Of a DNA stretch of 64,000 nt, positions 18,269-27,539 are shown in pieces. A model generated the notes under the pieces. That model was not told the origin of the DNA, searched no databases, and saw only the letters and a program-made list of their open reading frames with translations. Each line of letters begins with the position of its first letter. Within the stretch, counting starts at the first letter, position 1. The translations under genes were made by a program, and so were the position numbers. The stretch comes from Candidatus Hermodarchaeota archaeon. Its GTDB lineage: Archaea > Asgardarchaeota > Lokiarchaeia > Sigyniarchaeales > SOKP01. The DNA lies in contig JBHLLP010000006.1 of assembly GCA_048885525.1 (NCBI GenBank), positions 1-64,000 on the forward strand, in the 5' to 3' direction.

Positions 18269-19696
18269 TTGATAAAAATGAATAAGGAAGATATATGTTT
18301 TTTACCTGCTTTTGAAATGAGAGAGAGAATAATTACCCAAGAAATGACTTCTCAAGAGATTACAGAAGCTATTATTGAGAGAATTGAGAAAATAAATCCT
18401 ATTATAAATGCCTACTGTACTACTACTTTCGATTTAGCTAGAGAAATGGCAAAAAAAGCGGATGAAGCAGTAAAAAAAGGTGAAAAATTGGGTCTATTAC
18501 ATGGAATTCCAACTTCGATAAAAGATTTAATGTTTACAAAAGGAATTAGAACGACATTTGGATCATTGATGTATGAAAATTTTATACCTGAAGAAGATGA
18601 TATTGCAGTAGAAAGGTTAAAAAGTGCTGGTTGTGTAATTTTAGGAAAAACAAATACTCCTGAATTGGGTTATGCTGGATCTACTCATAACCTCGTTTTT
18701 GGAGAGACTAAAAATCCTTGGAAACTAGATAGAACTTCTGGAGGTTCAACTGGTGGAGGAGGTGCTGCCGTAGTATGTCGTTTAGGTCCACTTGCATTAG
18801 GAAATGATGGGGGCGGTTCAATAAGACATCCTGCTTCTTTTTGTGGAGTTTATGGTATAAAGCCTAATCTAGGAAGAGTGCCAATATATCCAAAAATTAG
18901 TTTTCATGGAACGGGGTATGTTTCCTATGGTCCACTTACTAATTATGTTAAAGATGCTGCTTTAATGCTAGATGCCATGAAGGGACCTCATGATGCTGAC
19001 AGATTTAGTTTACCAGCTGAAAATGTTAACTATATAGAACATCTTGATGAGAAACCAACTAACCTAAAAATTGGATATTCATTAGATTTAGGTTTTGCCA
19101 AAGTTATTGATAAAGAAGTGGAGAAAAATGTAATAGATTCAATAGAAAAATTTGAACATTATGGATGGACTGTTGAAAAAATAAAAATTAAAATGCGGAA
19201 ACCTGAGATGTCTTTTTATACCTTTTATTCATCCGATTTTTATTATGACCTTAAACCAAAATTTAAAGAGTGGCGAGATAAATTAGATCCCGAATTAGTA
19301 AGAGTAGCAGAGGCTAGTATTGGATTTTCTGCAAATGAAGTGATGAGAGCTGCAGATCAACGTGAAAAGATTTATAGAGCAATTTATGAAATTTTTAAAA
19401 CTTATGATATCTTAATAACGCCAACAACAGCAATCCCTGCATTTAAATTAGGATTGATGTTCCCACCAAAAATAAATGGAATTAATGTATCACCTACTGG
19501 GTGGCAGCCTTTCAGTTTTCCGTTTAATTTAACAGGACATCCAGCAGCATCTATACCTTGTGGCTGGTCGAGTGAAAATCTACCTATTGGCATGCAGATA
19601 GTTGGAAACAGGTTCAATGAAATGCTTATACTTCAAGTTTCAAAAGCTTTCGAAGAAATTCAACCCTGGCAAGATAAAACACCAAAATTCGATTGA
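18269..19696 (+). CDS. amidase signature family enzyme (tandem paralog)
   Basis: PTSIKD, GKTNTPE, SGGSTGG, GNDGGGSIR. True start is probably the ATG at 18278. Confidence 0.95.
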   Translation: MIKMNKEDICFLPAFEMRERIITQEMTSQEITEAIIERIEKINPIINAYCTTTFDLAREMAKKADEAVKKGEKLGLLHGIPTSIKDLMFTKGIRTTFGSLMYENFIPEEDDIAVERLKSAGCVILGKTNTPELGYAGSTHNLVFGETKNPWKLDRTSGGSTGGGGAAVVCRLGPLALGNDGGGSIRHPASFCGVYGIKPNLGRVPIYPKISFHGTGYVSYGPLTNYVKDAALMLDAMKGPHDADRFSLPAENVNYIEHLDEKPTNLKIGYSLDLGFAKVIDKEVEKNVIDSIEKFEHYGWTVEKIKIKMRKPEMSFYTFYSSDFYYDLKPKFKEWRDKLDPELVRVAEASIGFSANEVMRAADQREKIYRAIYEIFKTYDILITPTTAIPAFKLGLMFPPKINGINVSPTGWQPFSFPFNLTGHPAASIPCGWSSENLPIGMQIVGNRFNEMLILQVSKAFEEIQPWQDKTPKFD

Positions 19697-19729
19697 GTTT
19701 TAAATTTCTTTTCTTATTTTATTCAAAAA

Positions 19730-20818
19730 CTAAAAAGATTTCATGTTAGAAGTAGTAATATAAGAGGAATCTCCTATTGTGATGCTTTTCTTGATTAGAT
19801 CTTCTAGAATTGAATAATCTCCCACAATACTCTCCGAAGATATAATTTTTTTTAAATTAGCGCCATCACCTATTACTGATTCAGATAAAATACATTTCTC
19901 TAAAATTACATCATCTCCTATAGATACATTTGGGCCTATAACAGAATCAGAAATTTTTGTATTATTACCAATAAAAACGGGTGGAACTATTTTTGAATCA
20001 ACTATATTACCAGATTGGAATAATTTCTCGTATGTGGGATCTTGTACTTTGGTCTCTGTCAATAACAGACGATTTCCTGCAATTAAAGTCTCAGGTCGAC
20101 CGAAATCTAATATTTCCCCTTTCATTTCGTTTATTTTTAATTTAAAACCTTCCTCAATTAATTTTTGAATGATTGGTGTTATATGATGCTCTTGTCCATT
20201 CTCTAGTGGAATTTTACTTTGTTCGTCTAATAATTCAAATAATCGAGGAGTCATACTCATTCCAAATAAATATGCTCCTGATACAGCATAATTCGACTTA
20301 GGATTTTCTGGTTTTTCGACGATATTTTTAACAGTTCCATTTTCATCTAATTCAATTACGCCGTAAAATTTTGGATTTTCTACTTGTTTAACATTAATTA
20401 CTCCATCACAGATATCTTGATGAAAATTTAATAAGATTTGTGAATAATCTTCGATAGGAAGTCTATCGCTCAAAAATAAGAAACAATCATCATTGTGGGC
20501 AAGTTTTTTAGCTAATAAAACAGCATCTCCAAGACCACTAAAGAATGGAGTATCTGCTTCATATCCTAATGGTTTTTGCTCAATAAAGTGGAGGTTAAAA
20601 TAATCTGAATGATTTTCCTTTAGATATTCAGTTATTTGTCTTTTCTTATATCCAACTATAAAACATATATTAGTTCCTTTAGGAAACGAGTTTTTCAATT
20701 TTATAAGAATATGATCAATTAACCGTTTACCAGCAATCTTCAGAAACGCTTTAGGCTTTGAATATGTAAAAGGTTGTAATCTTCTCCCTACACCAGCGAT
20801 TGGGCAAATAAGCCACAT
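19730..20818 (-). CDS. sugar-1-phosphate nucleotidyltransferase with C-terminal left-handed beta-helix (glucose-1-phosphate thymidylyltransferase long form-like)
   Basis: PIAGVGRRLQPFTYSKPK, GLGDAV, VEKP; hexapeptide repeats at the C-terminus. Confidence 0.9.
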   Translation of the reverse strand: MWLICPIAGVGRRLQPFTYSKPKAFLKIAGKRLIDHILIKLKNSFPKGTNICFIVGYKKRQITEYLKENHSDYFNLHFIEQKPLGYEADTPFFSGLGDAVLLAKKLAHNDDCFLFLSDRLPIEDYSQILLNFHQDICDGVINVKQVENPKFYGVIELDENGTVKNIVEKPENPKSNYAVSGAYLFGMSMTPRLFELLDEQSKIPLENGQEHHITPIIQKLIEEGFKLKINEMKGEILDFGRPETLIAGNRLLLTETKVQDPTYEKLFQSGNIVDSKIVPPVFIGNNTKISDSVIGPNVSIGDDVILEKCILSESVIGDGANLKKIISSESIVGDYSILEDLIKKSITIGDSSYITTSNMKSF

Positions 20819-20930
20819 TTATGTAACTCTTTAAAAAATAGTTTTTTTTTATCTTAAAAAATATAAAAATTGACTTTATAAAAAATATATTGATCATTTC
20901 TTGAGAATTTAAGATATTGCCTAGTAAATT

Positions 20931-21473
20931 TCATATTTTTAGTAATTTATTTAAAATCTGGTAATATTCTGCTTCTTTTAGTTTTTCTTGGACAAGACTT
21001 TTTAATTTTCTTAAGTAATAATTATCCGAATTTGTTCTTTTCGTGCCATAGATCTTCTTATTTATTGCAACTCTTATTTTCTCATCTAAAAGTTTAGGAG
21101 GAAGTTCTTTATATTTTTTAATTAATAACCTTTTTTCGTTAACATCTATCGACTTTTCTCTCTGCTCTGTTTCAAGATTAACTATTGAGTACAAATTTCT
21201 TATCCATGTTTCAATTTTATCAATATCTCCTTTTAAATAAGTTCTCTGGTTCAACCAATCCTTAAATTCAATCAACTTATTTAAAAATCTATCTTCCTCC
21301 AAAATTTCATTGGATCTATGAATTTCTTTTTTTACTATAGTTTGAAGTTTCTTTTTTTTTAACTCTTGAACTTCCTCCTTTGTAAGGCGTTTAAATGCGG
21401 CTTCTCTTTTCATTTTTTCTTCTTTTGAATCTTTATCAGAGAGCCATTTATCAATTGACATTTTATATCTCAC
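20931..21473 (-). CDS. hypothetical charged helical protein
   Basis: 180-aa K/E-rich ORF; no recognised motif. Confidence 0.7.
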   Translation of the reverse strand: MRYKMSIDKWLSDKDSKEEKMKREAAFKRLTKEEVQELKKKKLQTIVKKEIHRSNEILEEDRFLNKLIEFKDWLNQRTYLKGDIDKIETWIRNLYSIVNLETEQREKSIDVNEKRLLIKKYKELPPKLLDEKIRVAINKKIYGTKRTNSDNYYLRKLKSLVQEKLKEAEYYQILNKLLKI

Positions 21474-21600
21474 TAGTATTAAGTCCTTATGTTAATAATT
21501 TGTTTTTTATTAAGTATTTAACAGAAACGAAAGACATTACAGTTGCATTTTAATTTGGATAAATTAAAATTGAGAATCAGTCTTTATAAATATTAACACG

Positions 21601-22368
21601 ATGATAATAAAAGGAATTATTTTTGATTTTGGTTTTACATTATTCTATTTTGATAACCCTTCTGTTGAGAGATATTATGAATGTTTTAAGAAAGGATTAC
21701 TAAAATCAATAGGGATATTAAAAGAGAAGCATGTTTGGAACGATAGTTTAACGAATGAAGTTTTCATCAAGAAATTTAGTAAAGAAAGAGAACATTTCTT
21801 TAGAAAAAGCATTAAAACAAAATTGGAATTCCCGACCTCTTTCATTTTCCAAAGTGTTTTGGAATCGCTCAAGGATGAGAAAATAATTTATAATTTAGAT
21901 AATTTAACAGAATCAGCATATAAAGAATTAGCTGAACTCTATCATTCATGTGAAGAAGATGAATGGGAACCTTTTGAAAATACCAAAGAAACATTGAAAG
22001 AATTAGCTATTAAAAGTTTGAAAATTGCTCTAATCTCTAATCATCCTAATCATACAACCATCAAAAACATGTTGAAAAAACATGGTTTATTAAAATATTT
22101 TAATGTTGTTATAACATCTGCTAAATATGGAAAGAGAAAACCGGATCCAAATATTTTTTATTACACTCTTGAGAAGATGGGTTTAAAAAATCAAGGCAAT
22201 TCAGTTATTATGTGCGGAGATGAATATGCTGATATTATTGGTGCTCAAAGAGCGAACTTGCAGTCAATTTTATTAGAAAGAAAATATAAATTTCCCTTTG
22301 AAAGGGAAATTGATGTATCAAATTTAAGAAAGATTAAGAATATTTCTGAAATCTTAGATTATATTTAG
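21601..22368 (+). CDS. HAD-superfamily hydrolase
   Basis: FDFGFTL, ISN, KPDPNIF, GDEYADIIGA. Confidence 0.88.
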   Translation: MIIKGIIFDFGFTLFYFDNPSVERYYECFKKGLLKSIGILKEKHVWNDSLTNEVFIKKFSKEREHFFRKSIKTKLEFPTSFIFQSVLESLKDEKIIYNLDNLTESAYKELAELYHSCEEDEWEPFENTKETLKELAIKSLKIALISNHPNHTTIKNMLKKHGLLKYFNVVITSAKYGKRKPDPNIFYYTLEKMGLKNQGNSVIMCGDEYADIIGAQRANLQSILLERKYKFPFEREIDVSNLRKIKNISEILDYI

Positions 22369-22429
22369 TGAATTTAAAAGTTTATCCTTGATATAATTAT
22401 AAGCTTATACTTTTTAAAGTACACAATCA

Positions 22430-23101
22430 TTATTTTTCTCTTTGTATTCTAATTCCTCTTTTATTCAAATTTTTCAACACAAATGGATATTTAATTAAAG
22501 TTTCAAATTCTAAGTTTTGAATATTTAAACTCTTGATTTGGCTATCTGTAAAGAGATCATAAAGAATTGCTGCTCTATGACTGATTTTGTAATTTTTAAG
22601 AAGATTTAAAGCATTTATTTGACGTTGAAAAAAATTTCCCATTGCTCCTGTGATCATCTCAAATGTTTTCTCATCAACTCCTTTTAAAGAGACTCTTACA
22701 TAAAGATTTTCAAATTTACTTAATCCTTCAACATATTCTTCATCTAGCAATATACCATTAGTTTCAAGAATAAAAGTGATGTGTTTCGAAATTGATTCTA
22801 ATACTTTAAACAGATGTTTTTTATGTAACGTAGGTTCTCCACCACTAATCCTTACTAACGGCAGATTCATGGATATTAATTTTTTAGCTACTTCTTGGGC
22901 TGTATAAAAATTACCAAATCTTTCTGGTTCCCATACTTTTTTCTGTGCCCAACAATAGACACATCTTAGATTACACCCTAAACAATCAGCAGTAGCACAT
23001 CCACCATAAAATTGAGTCTTTCGGAACCTGTAGTACTTTTTTGAAATATTTTGACTTATTTTTTCTTCTTGGAGAGCAGCAAGATGAATTGGATCGATCA
23101 T
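22430..23101 (-). CDS. radical SAM protein (archaeal MJ0804-like)
   Basis: FYGGCATADCLGCNLRCVYCW, RISGGEPT, LETNG, VRVSLKG. Confidence 0.9.
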   Translation of the reverse strand: MIDPIHLAALQEEKISQNISKKYYRFRKTQFYGGCATADCLGCNLRCVYCWAQKKVWEPERFGNFYTAQEVAKKLISMNLPLVRISGGEPTLHKKHLFKVLESISKHITFILETNGILLDEEYVEGLSKFENLYVRVSLKGVDEKTFEMITGAMGNFFQRQINALNLLKNYKISHRAAILYDLFTDSQIKSLNIQNLEFETLIKYPFVLKNLNKRGIRIQREK

Positions 23102-23151
23102 TTTTAAATATAAATTATTAAAAATTATGTGAGTTTTATACCGATTTTATT

Positions 23152-23256
23152 TAGCCCAGGGGGGATTTTTTCTTTTAATAGGAATTCTATTAAAAATTTG
23201 AACCCCCGACATCTGGCTCCGCAAGCCAGCGCCCTATCCAACTAGACCACTGGGCT
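23152..23256 (-). tRNA. tRNA-Arg(GCG) with a 31-nt insertion (probable intron) in the T-loop
   Basis: Acceptor AGCCCAG/CTGGGCT; anticodon arm CTGGC-TTGCGGA-GCCAG; T stem GGGGG/CCCCC enclosing 38 nt instead of 7; no encoded CCA. Confidence 0.9.
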
Positions 23257-23494
23257 ATTCAAATATATATCAATAATGATTGTTCAACTAAAATATACTT
23301 CTATAAAAAATTTCATTTTTCAATCATAATAATCTAATTATCCTTATTAGTTAAAATTATGTTAGGGCCTAATATTTCAATTTAAAGTTTTAATAAGCAA
23401 AAAATAAAACAAAATCATTTTTTATCAAAAAATCAAATAAAATAAAAAATAATTATAATTATTCTCTCATAATTTCTTAAACTTAATTATAATA

Positions 23495-24175
23495 TTGCCT
23501 GAAATAATTTATTCTCATTTTTGCATTATTTTTGATGTGGATGGTGTTCTTGCTGACACAGGACCTATTCATTTTGAAAGTTGGATTAAATTAGGAAGAG
23601 AGATCGGGATTGAGTTTACAAGAAAGTTTTTCGAACAAACATTTGGTCAACAATCTCCTACAATTACTCGAAAATTAGTAGGTCCAGAAGCAGATGAAGC
23701 TCTTATAGAAGAATGGGCTAACTTAAAAGAAAAATATTATCGTGAAATGGTTAAGGACAAATTAGAACCCTTACCGGGAGTATTAAAAATATTATCTGAT
23801 CTAAAATCTGAAGGTTTTAAATTAGCTGTAGGTTCGAGCGGTCCTTCTGAAAATGTAGAACTGTTACTAACTAGTTTAAAGATAAAACAATATTTTGATG
23901 TTATTATTACCGCAGCTGAGGTTAAAAAAGGGAAACCTGAACCAGATGTTTTCCTAATTGCTGCTAAGGTTTTAAATGTTAATACAGAAAATTGTATTGT
24001 TATTGAGGATGCACCAGTTGGTATAGAAGCAGCTAAGAGAGCAGGAATGGTATCGATTGCCCTTACAACAACACATAATAAGGAAGATCTTCTGGATGCT
24101 GATTTAATTATAAACGATTTATCTGAAATTGTAATTGAAGATCTAATGAGGTTGTTTAAATTAAAACAAAAATAA
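23495..24175 (+). CDS. HAD phosphatase (beta-phosphoglucomutase-like)
   Basis: FDVDGVLADT, GSS, KPEPDVF, IEDAPVGIEAA. Confidence 0.92.
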   Translation: MPEIIYSHFCIIFDVDGVLADTGPIHFESWIKLGREIGIEFTRKFFEQTFGQQSPTITRKLVGPEADEALIEEWANLKEKYYREMVKDKLEPLPGVLKILSDLKSEGFKLAVGSSGPSENVELLLTSLKIKQYFDVIITAAEVKKGKPEPDVFLIAAKVLNVNTENCIVIEDAPVGIEAAKRAGMVSIALTTTHNKEDLLDADLIINDLSEIVIEDLMRLFKLKQK

Positions 24176-24283
24176 CCTAGAAAATGAAATTTTTTATTTT
24201 TAACTATAATAGATTCTATTAATCAAATTAAATTAAATTCAAACACTATTTTAAAAAGAAGTAGAAATTTTAAGGAAAATATA

Positions 24284-25564
24284 ATGAGCTCAACTGAAGA
24301 CGCGATGGATAAATGGTTCGGTAATTTTCCATCCAAGAGATTTGCAGACGATACTTGTTATCTTATTGGAGCTTGGGCTAACGTTAGTGTGATAAAAACT
24401 AACGAGGGCTTAGTTCTGTTTGATCTATCTAACAGGATATTTCATCGTCGTATATTTAATAAAATTCGAAAGTTTTCAGATAAGCAAATAAGATATATCA
24501 TCTATTCTCATGGGCATTTTGATCATTGCTTTGGATATGCTTCGATCTTTAAAGAAATCAAGAATAAAGGCTGGGAGATGCCTCATATTATTGCCCACGA
24601 AAACATTTTAAATAGATTTGAGAAATATAAAGAATTAGATAGGTATCATAGTTGGATTAATAACCAACAATTCTCTTCATTGTGGAATATTCCAAAAGAG
24701 GGAGTTTCAGCGCATGATACACTCGACCCAACAATAATTATTCATGGAAATAAGAATTATGAGTTTAAATTAGGAAATTATTTCTTTGAAATTTATCATG
24801 ATAAAGGAGAAACAGATGATAGTTTATGGATGTTTTTTCCTGAAAAGGAAGTTTTATTCCCTGGAGAACTTGTATCAAATCCAACATTCCCTAATGTAGG
24901 CAATCCATTTAAAGTACAACGTTACCCTAAACAATGGGCATTAGCTATGGAAAGAATGCTAGAAAAAGATGCGAAGTACTTGGCGCCAGGTCATGGACCA
25001 CTTATAGAAGGGAAAAAAAATGTTCAAGAAGCTTTATCAATTAGAGCAGAAGTTATACATTTTGTTTATGATGAGGTAGTAAAAAGATTAAATGAGGGAA
25101 AATGGTTCGAACAAATTTATCATGAGATGCTTGATATTTATCCTGAAAAATTTAAAATGCATAAATATTTGACTCCATCGTATGGTTGTTATCGATTTGC
25201 AATACATGCTGTTTATAGACTTTTTCATGGGTGGTACATTACAGGAAATCCAACTGATCTCTTCCCTGCTAAGTCTAATGAGATTGCAGAAGAGTTTTTA
25301 GCGATAAATAATGAAAAAAAATATTTATCTCATGCTGAAAAACTATATAGACAAGGAAAACTTCAATTAGCTTTACATATTCTTGATATTATAATTAAAG
25401 GTTCAAGTTCAAATAATAAAACTAGCCTTTTAGGAGCATATTCTTTAAAATCAAGGATTCTAAAGCAAAAGCAAGCAGAGGAATCGTCATTTATAGCAAA
25501 AAACATACTACGAAATGGTATTCATGAATTAGAAAGCAAGATAGAAAAATTGAAAAATTTATAA
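24284..25564 (+). CDS. metallo-beta-lactamase fold alkyl sulfatase-like hydrolase
   Basis: SHGHFDH, GETDD, PNVGNPFKVQRY, PGHG; dimerisation-type C-terminus (GWYITGNPTDL). Confidence 0.88.
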   Translation: MSSTEDAMDKWFGNFPSKRFADDTCYLIGAWANVSVIKTNEGLVLFDLSNRIFHRRIFNKIRKFSDKQIRYIIYSHGHFDHCFGYASIFKEIKNKGWEMPHIIAHENILNRFEKYKELDRYHSWINNQQFSSLWNIPKEGVSAHDTLDPTIIIHGNKNYEFKLGNYFFEIYHDKGETDDSLWMFFPEKEVLFPGELVSNPTFPNVGNPFKVQRYPKQWALAMERMLEKDAKYLAPGHGPLIEGKKNVQEALSIRAEVIHFVYDEVVKRLNEGKWFEQIYHEMLDIYPEKFKMHKYLTPSYGCYRFAIHAVYRLFHGWYITGNPTDLFPAKSNEIAEEFLAINNEKKYLSHAEKLYRQGKLQLALHILDIIIKGSSSNNKTSLLGAYSLKSRILKQKQAEESSFIAKNILRNGIHELESKIEKLKNL

Positions 25565-25587
25565 AATTAACTAGATGAAGAAATTAA

Positions 25588-27348
25588 ATGAATGTTGAAG
25601 AAATAAGAAAGATAATATTATTAAGTGGTCTGAAAAATGCAGTTAAATTTAATGGCAAGCCAAATAAGAAAGCCATTATGGGAAAACTTATGGCAACAAG
25701 ACCTGATATGCGATCCCAAGCTAAAATAATTATTCCTATATTGGATAACATCATTTCTGAAATCTTAAAATTAAATATCGAAGAACAAAAAGAAAAATTA
25801 TTAGAATTAGATCCTCACGCATTAGACAAAAAAGAAAGAATTGAAGAAGAAAAAGAATTACCAGACTTACCTAACCTTTCTAAATTTGATAAAGTTGTAA
25901 TGCGTTTAGCTCCTTATCCTAGCGGTGCATTACATATTGGAAACGCAAGGATGATTGTTCTTAATGAAGAATATGTTAAACGATATAATGGCGACCTTAT
26001 TCTTTTTTATGATGATACTATCGGAAGCCCAAAATCATTACGAGATAGCCCTAAGGCTAAATATGTTTTACCAGAAGCGTATAATTTAATTAAGGAAGGA
26101 TTGAAATGGTTAGGAGTAAATTACAGTAAAATTTATTATAAAAGTGATCGATTAGAAATTTTTTATGAATATTGTGAGAAATTAATTAAAGATAATATTG
26201 CTTATGTATGTTTTTGTTCTGCTGATGAATTTCGGGAAAGATTTAAGAAACAAAAGAGAGATTGTCCTCATAGAGATCAAAGAATAGAAAGGAACATAGA
26301 AGAATGGAAAGCTATGCTAAATAGGAAATACCATGAAGGCGAAGCTGTTGTAAGATTAAAAACAGGAATGGATCAAAAAGATCCTGCTTTAAGAGATCAA
26401 ATAATTATGAGGATTTCTGAAGCAGAACATCCAAGAGTGGGTAAAAAATATGTAGTATGGCCAATGTTAGAATATTCATGGGCTATTGATGACTATTTAA
26501 TTGGAGCATCTCATATATTAAGAGGGATAGATTTAGTTAAAGAAGGTATTATTGAAGAATTTATATGGGATCATTTTGGATGGAAAAAAGCTGAATTACT
26601 TTATTATGGAAGGCTAAATTTTACTGATATGAAATTAAGTAAAACAGAATCAAGGAATAATATTCAGAATGGAATATATGAAGGATGGGAAGATCCGAGA
26701 ACATGGAGCTTACAATCTTTAAAAAAACGTGGAATAAAACCAGAGGCATTACGCAACACTTTACTAAGTCTTGGTATGTCTCAATCTGGAATAAACTTTT
26801 CTGTAAATTGGCTGTATTCAAAAAATCAAGATATAATAGATCAAATCTCTAATAGATACTTTTATGTTGAAGATCCAATATTAACTGTTATTGATAAAAT
26901 TCCCGAAAAAGAATATATTGCAGAACCTCTTCTCCTTCCAACAGAACCAAAAAAAGGAAAACGAAGCATAAAATGTATTACAAAAAACAATCAATTGAAC
27001 CTATTGATTTCTTTATCTGATGGAAAAAATTTAGAAAAAGATCAAATAATCCGGTTAAAGGATTTAATGAATATTAAGATTAGATCTATTGATTTGAATA
27101 ATAAAAAGATATTTTCTTCCTTTTATAGTAAGAAGTTAGATAGAGATTTCCCAATTTTTCAATGGGTGCCTAAAGAACAAAATGTAGGAGTATCAATTTT
27201 AAAACCCGATGGGACTATATCAAAAGGGAATGGAGAAATAAATCTTTTAAAAATACCGATGAATAAAACTATTCAATTCGAACGGTATGGATTCGTTAAT
27301 CCCATATTTCTTGAAAAAAACAATCTTTTCTGCTATTTTACTCATTAA
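25588..27348 (+). CDS. gltX: glutamyl-tRNA synthetase (archaeal type)
   Basis: RLAPYPSGALHIGNAR (HIGH), LSKT (KMSKS equivalent), WEDPRTWSL, QFERYGF. Confidence 0.97.
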   Translation: MNVEEIRKIILLSGLKNAVKFNGKPNKKAIMGKLMATRPDMRSQAKIIIPILDNIISEILKLNIEEQKEKLLELDPHALDKKERIEEEKELPDLPNLSKFDKVVMRLAPYPSGALHIGNARMIVLNEEYVKRYNGDLILFYDDTIGSPKSLRDSPKAKYVLPEAYNLIKEGLKWLGVNYSKIYYKSDRLEIFYEYCEKLIKDNIAYVCFCSADEFRERFKKQKRDCPHRDQRIERNIEEWKAMLNRKYHEGEAVVRLKTGMDQKDPALRDQIIMRISEAEHPRVGKKYVVWPMLEYSWAIDDYLIGASHILRGIDLVKEGIIEEFIWDHFGWKKAELLYYGRLNFTDMKLSKTESRNNIQNGIYEGWEDPRTWSLQSLKKRGIKPEALRNTLLSLGMSQSGINFSVNWLYSKNQDIIDQISNRYFYVEDPILTVIDKIPEKEYIAEPLLLPTEPKKGKRSIKCITKNNQLNLLISLSDGKNLEKDQIIRLKDLMNIKIRSIDLNNKKIFSSFYSKKLDRDFPIFQWVPKEQNVGVSILKPDGTISKGNGEINLLKIPMNKTIQFERYGFVNPIFLEKNNLFCYFTH

Positions 27349-27539
27349 TTATTTTATTTTTGAAAATTTAGACAAAAATGGCTTCCATTACTTAATATTA
27401 GATTTAATATTACATATCAAAAACACATCAAAATATTCTGATAAAACAGACTTAAAGGATAAAATTTTAATAATTAATTAGCAATTTGTAACTCTGAAAG
27501 AATATTTATGATATAAAATTTGAGAGAACGTTTATTTTT

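Noticed and set aside
17884-19617. Two similar antisense ORFs (17884..18090 and 19402..19617) that look like a conserved small-protein family
   Set aside because: They are reverse-strand shadows of the conserved C-termini of the duplicated amidases; the similarity is fully explained by the sense genes.
16763-19696. GatA of the Glu-tRNA amidotransferase (GluRS is nearby)
   Set aside because: No gatB/gatC neighbours, the genes are duplicated, and the motifs fit general amidases better.
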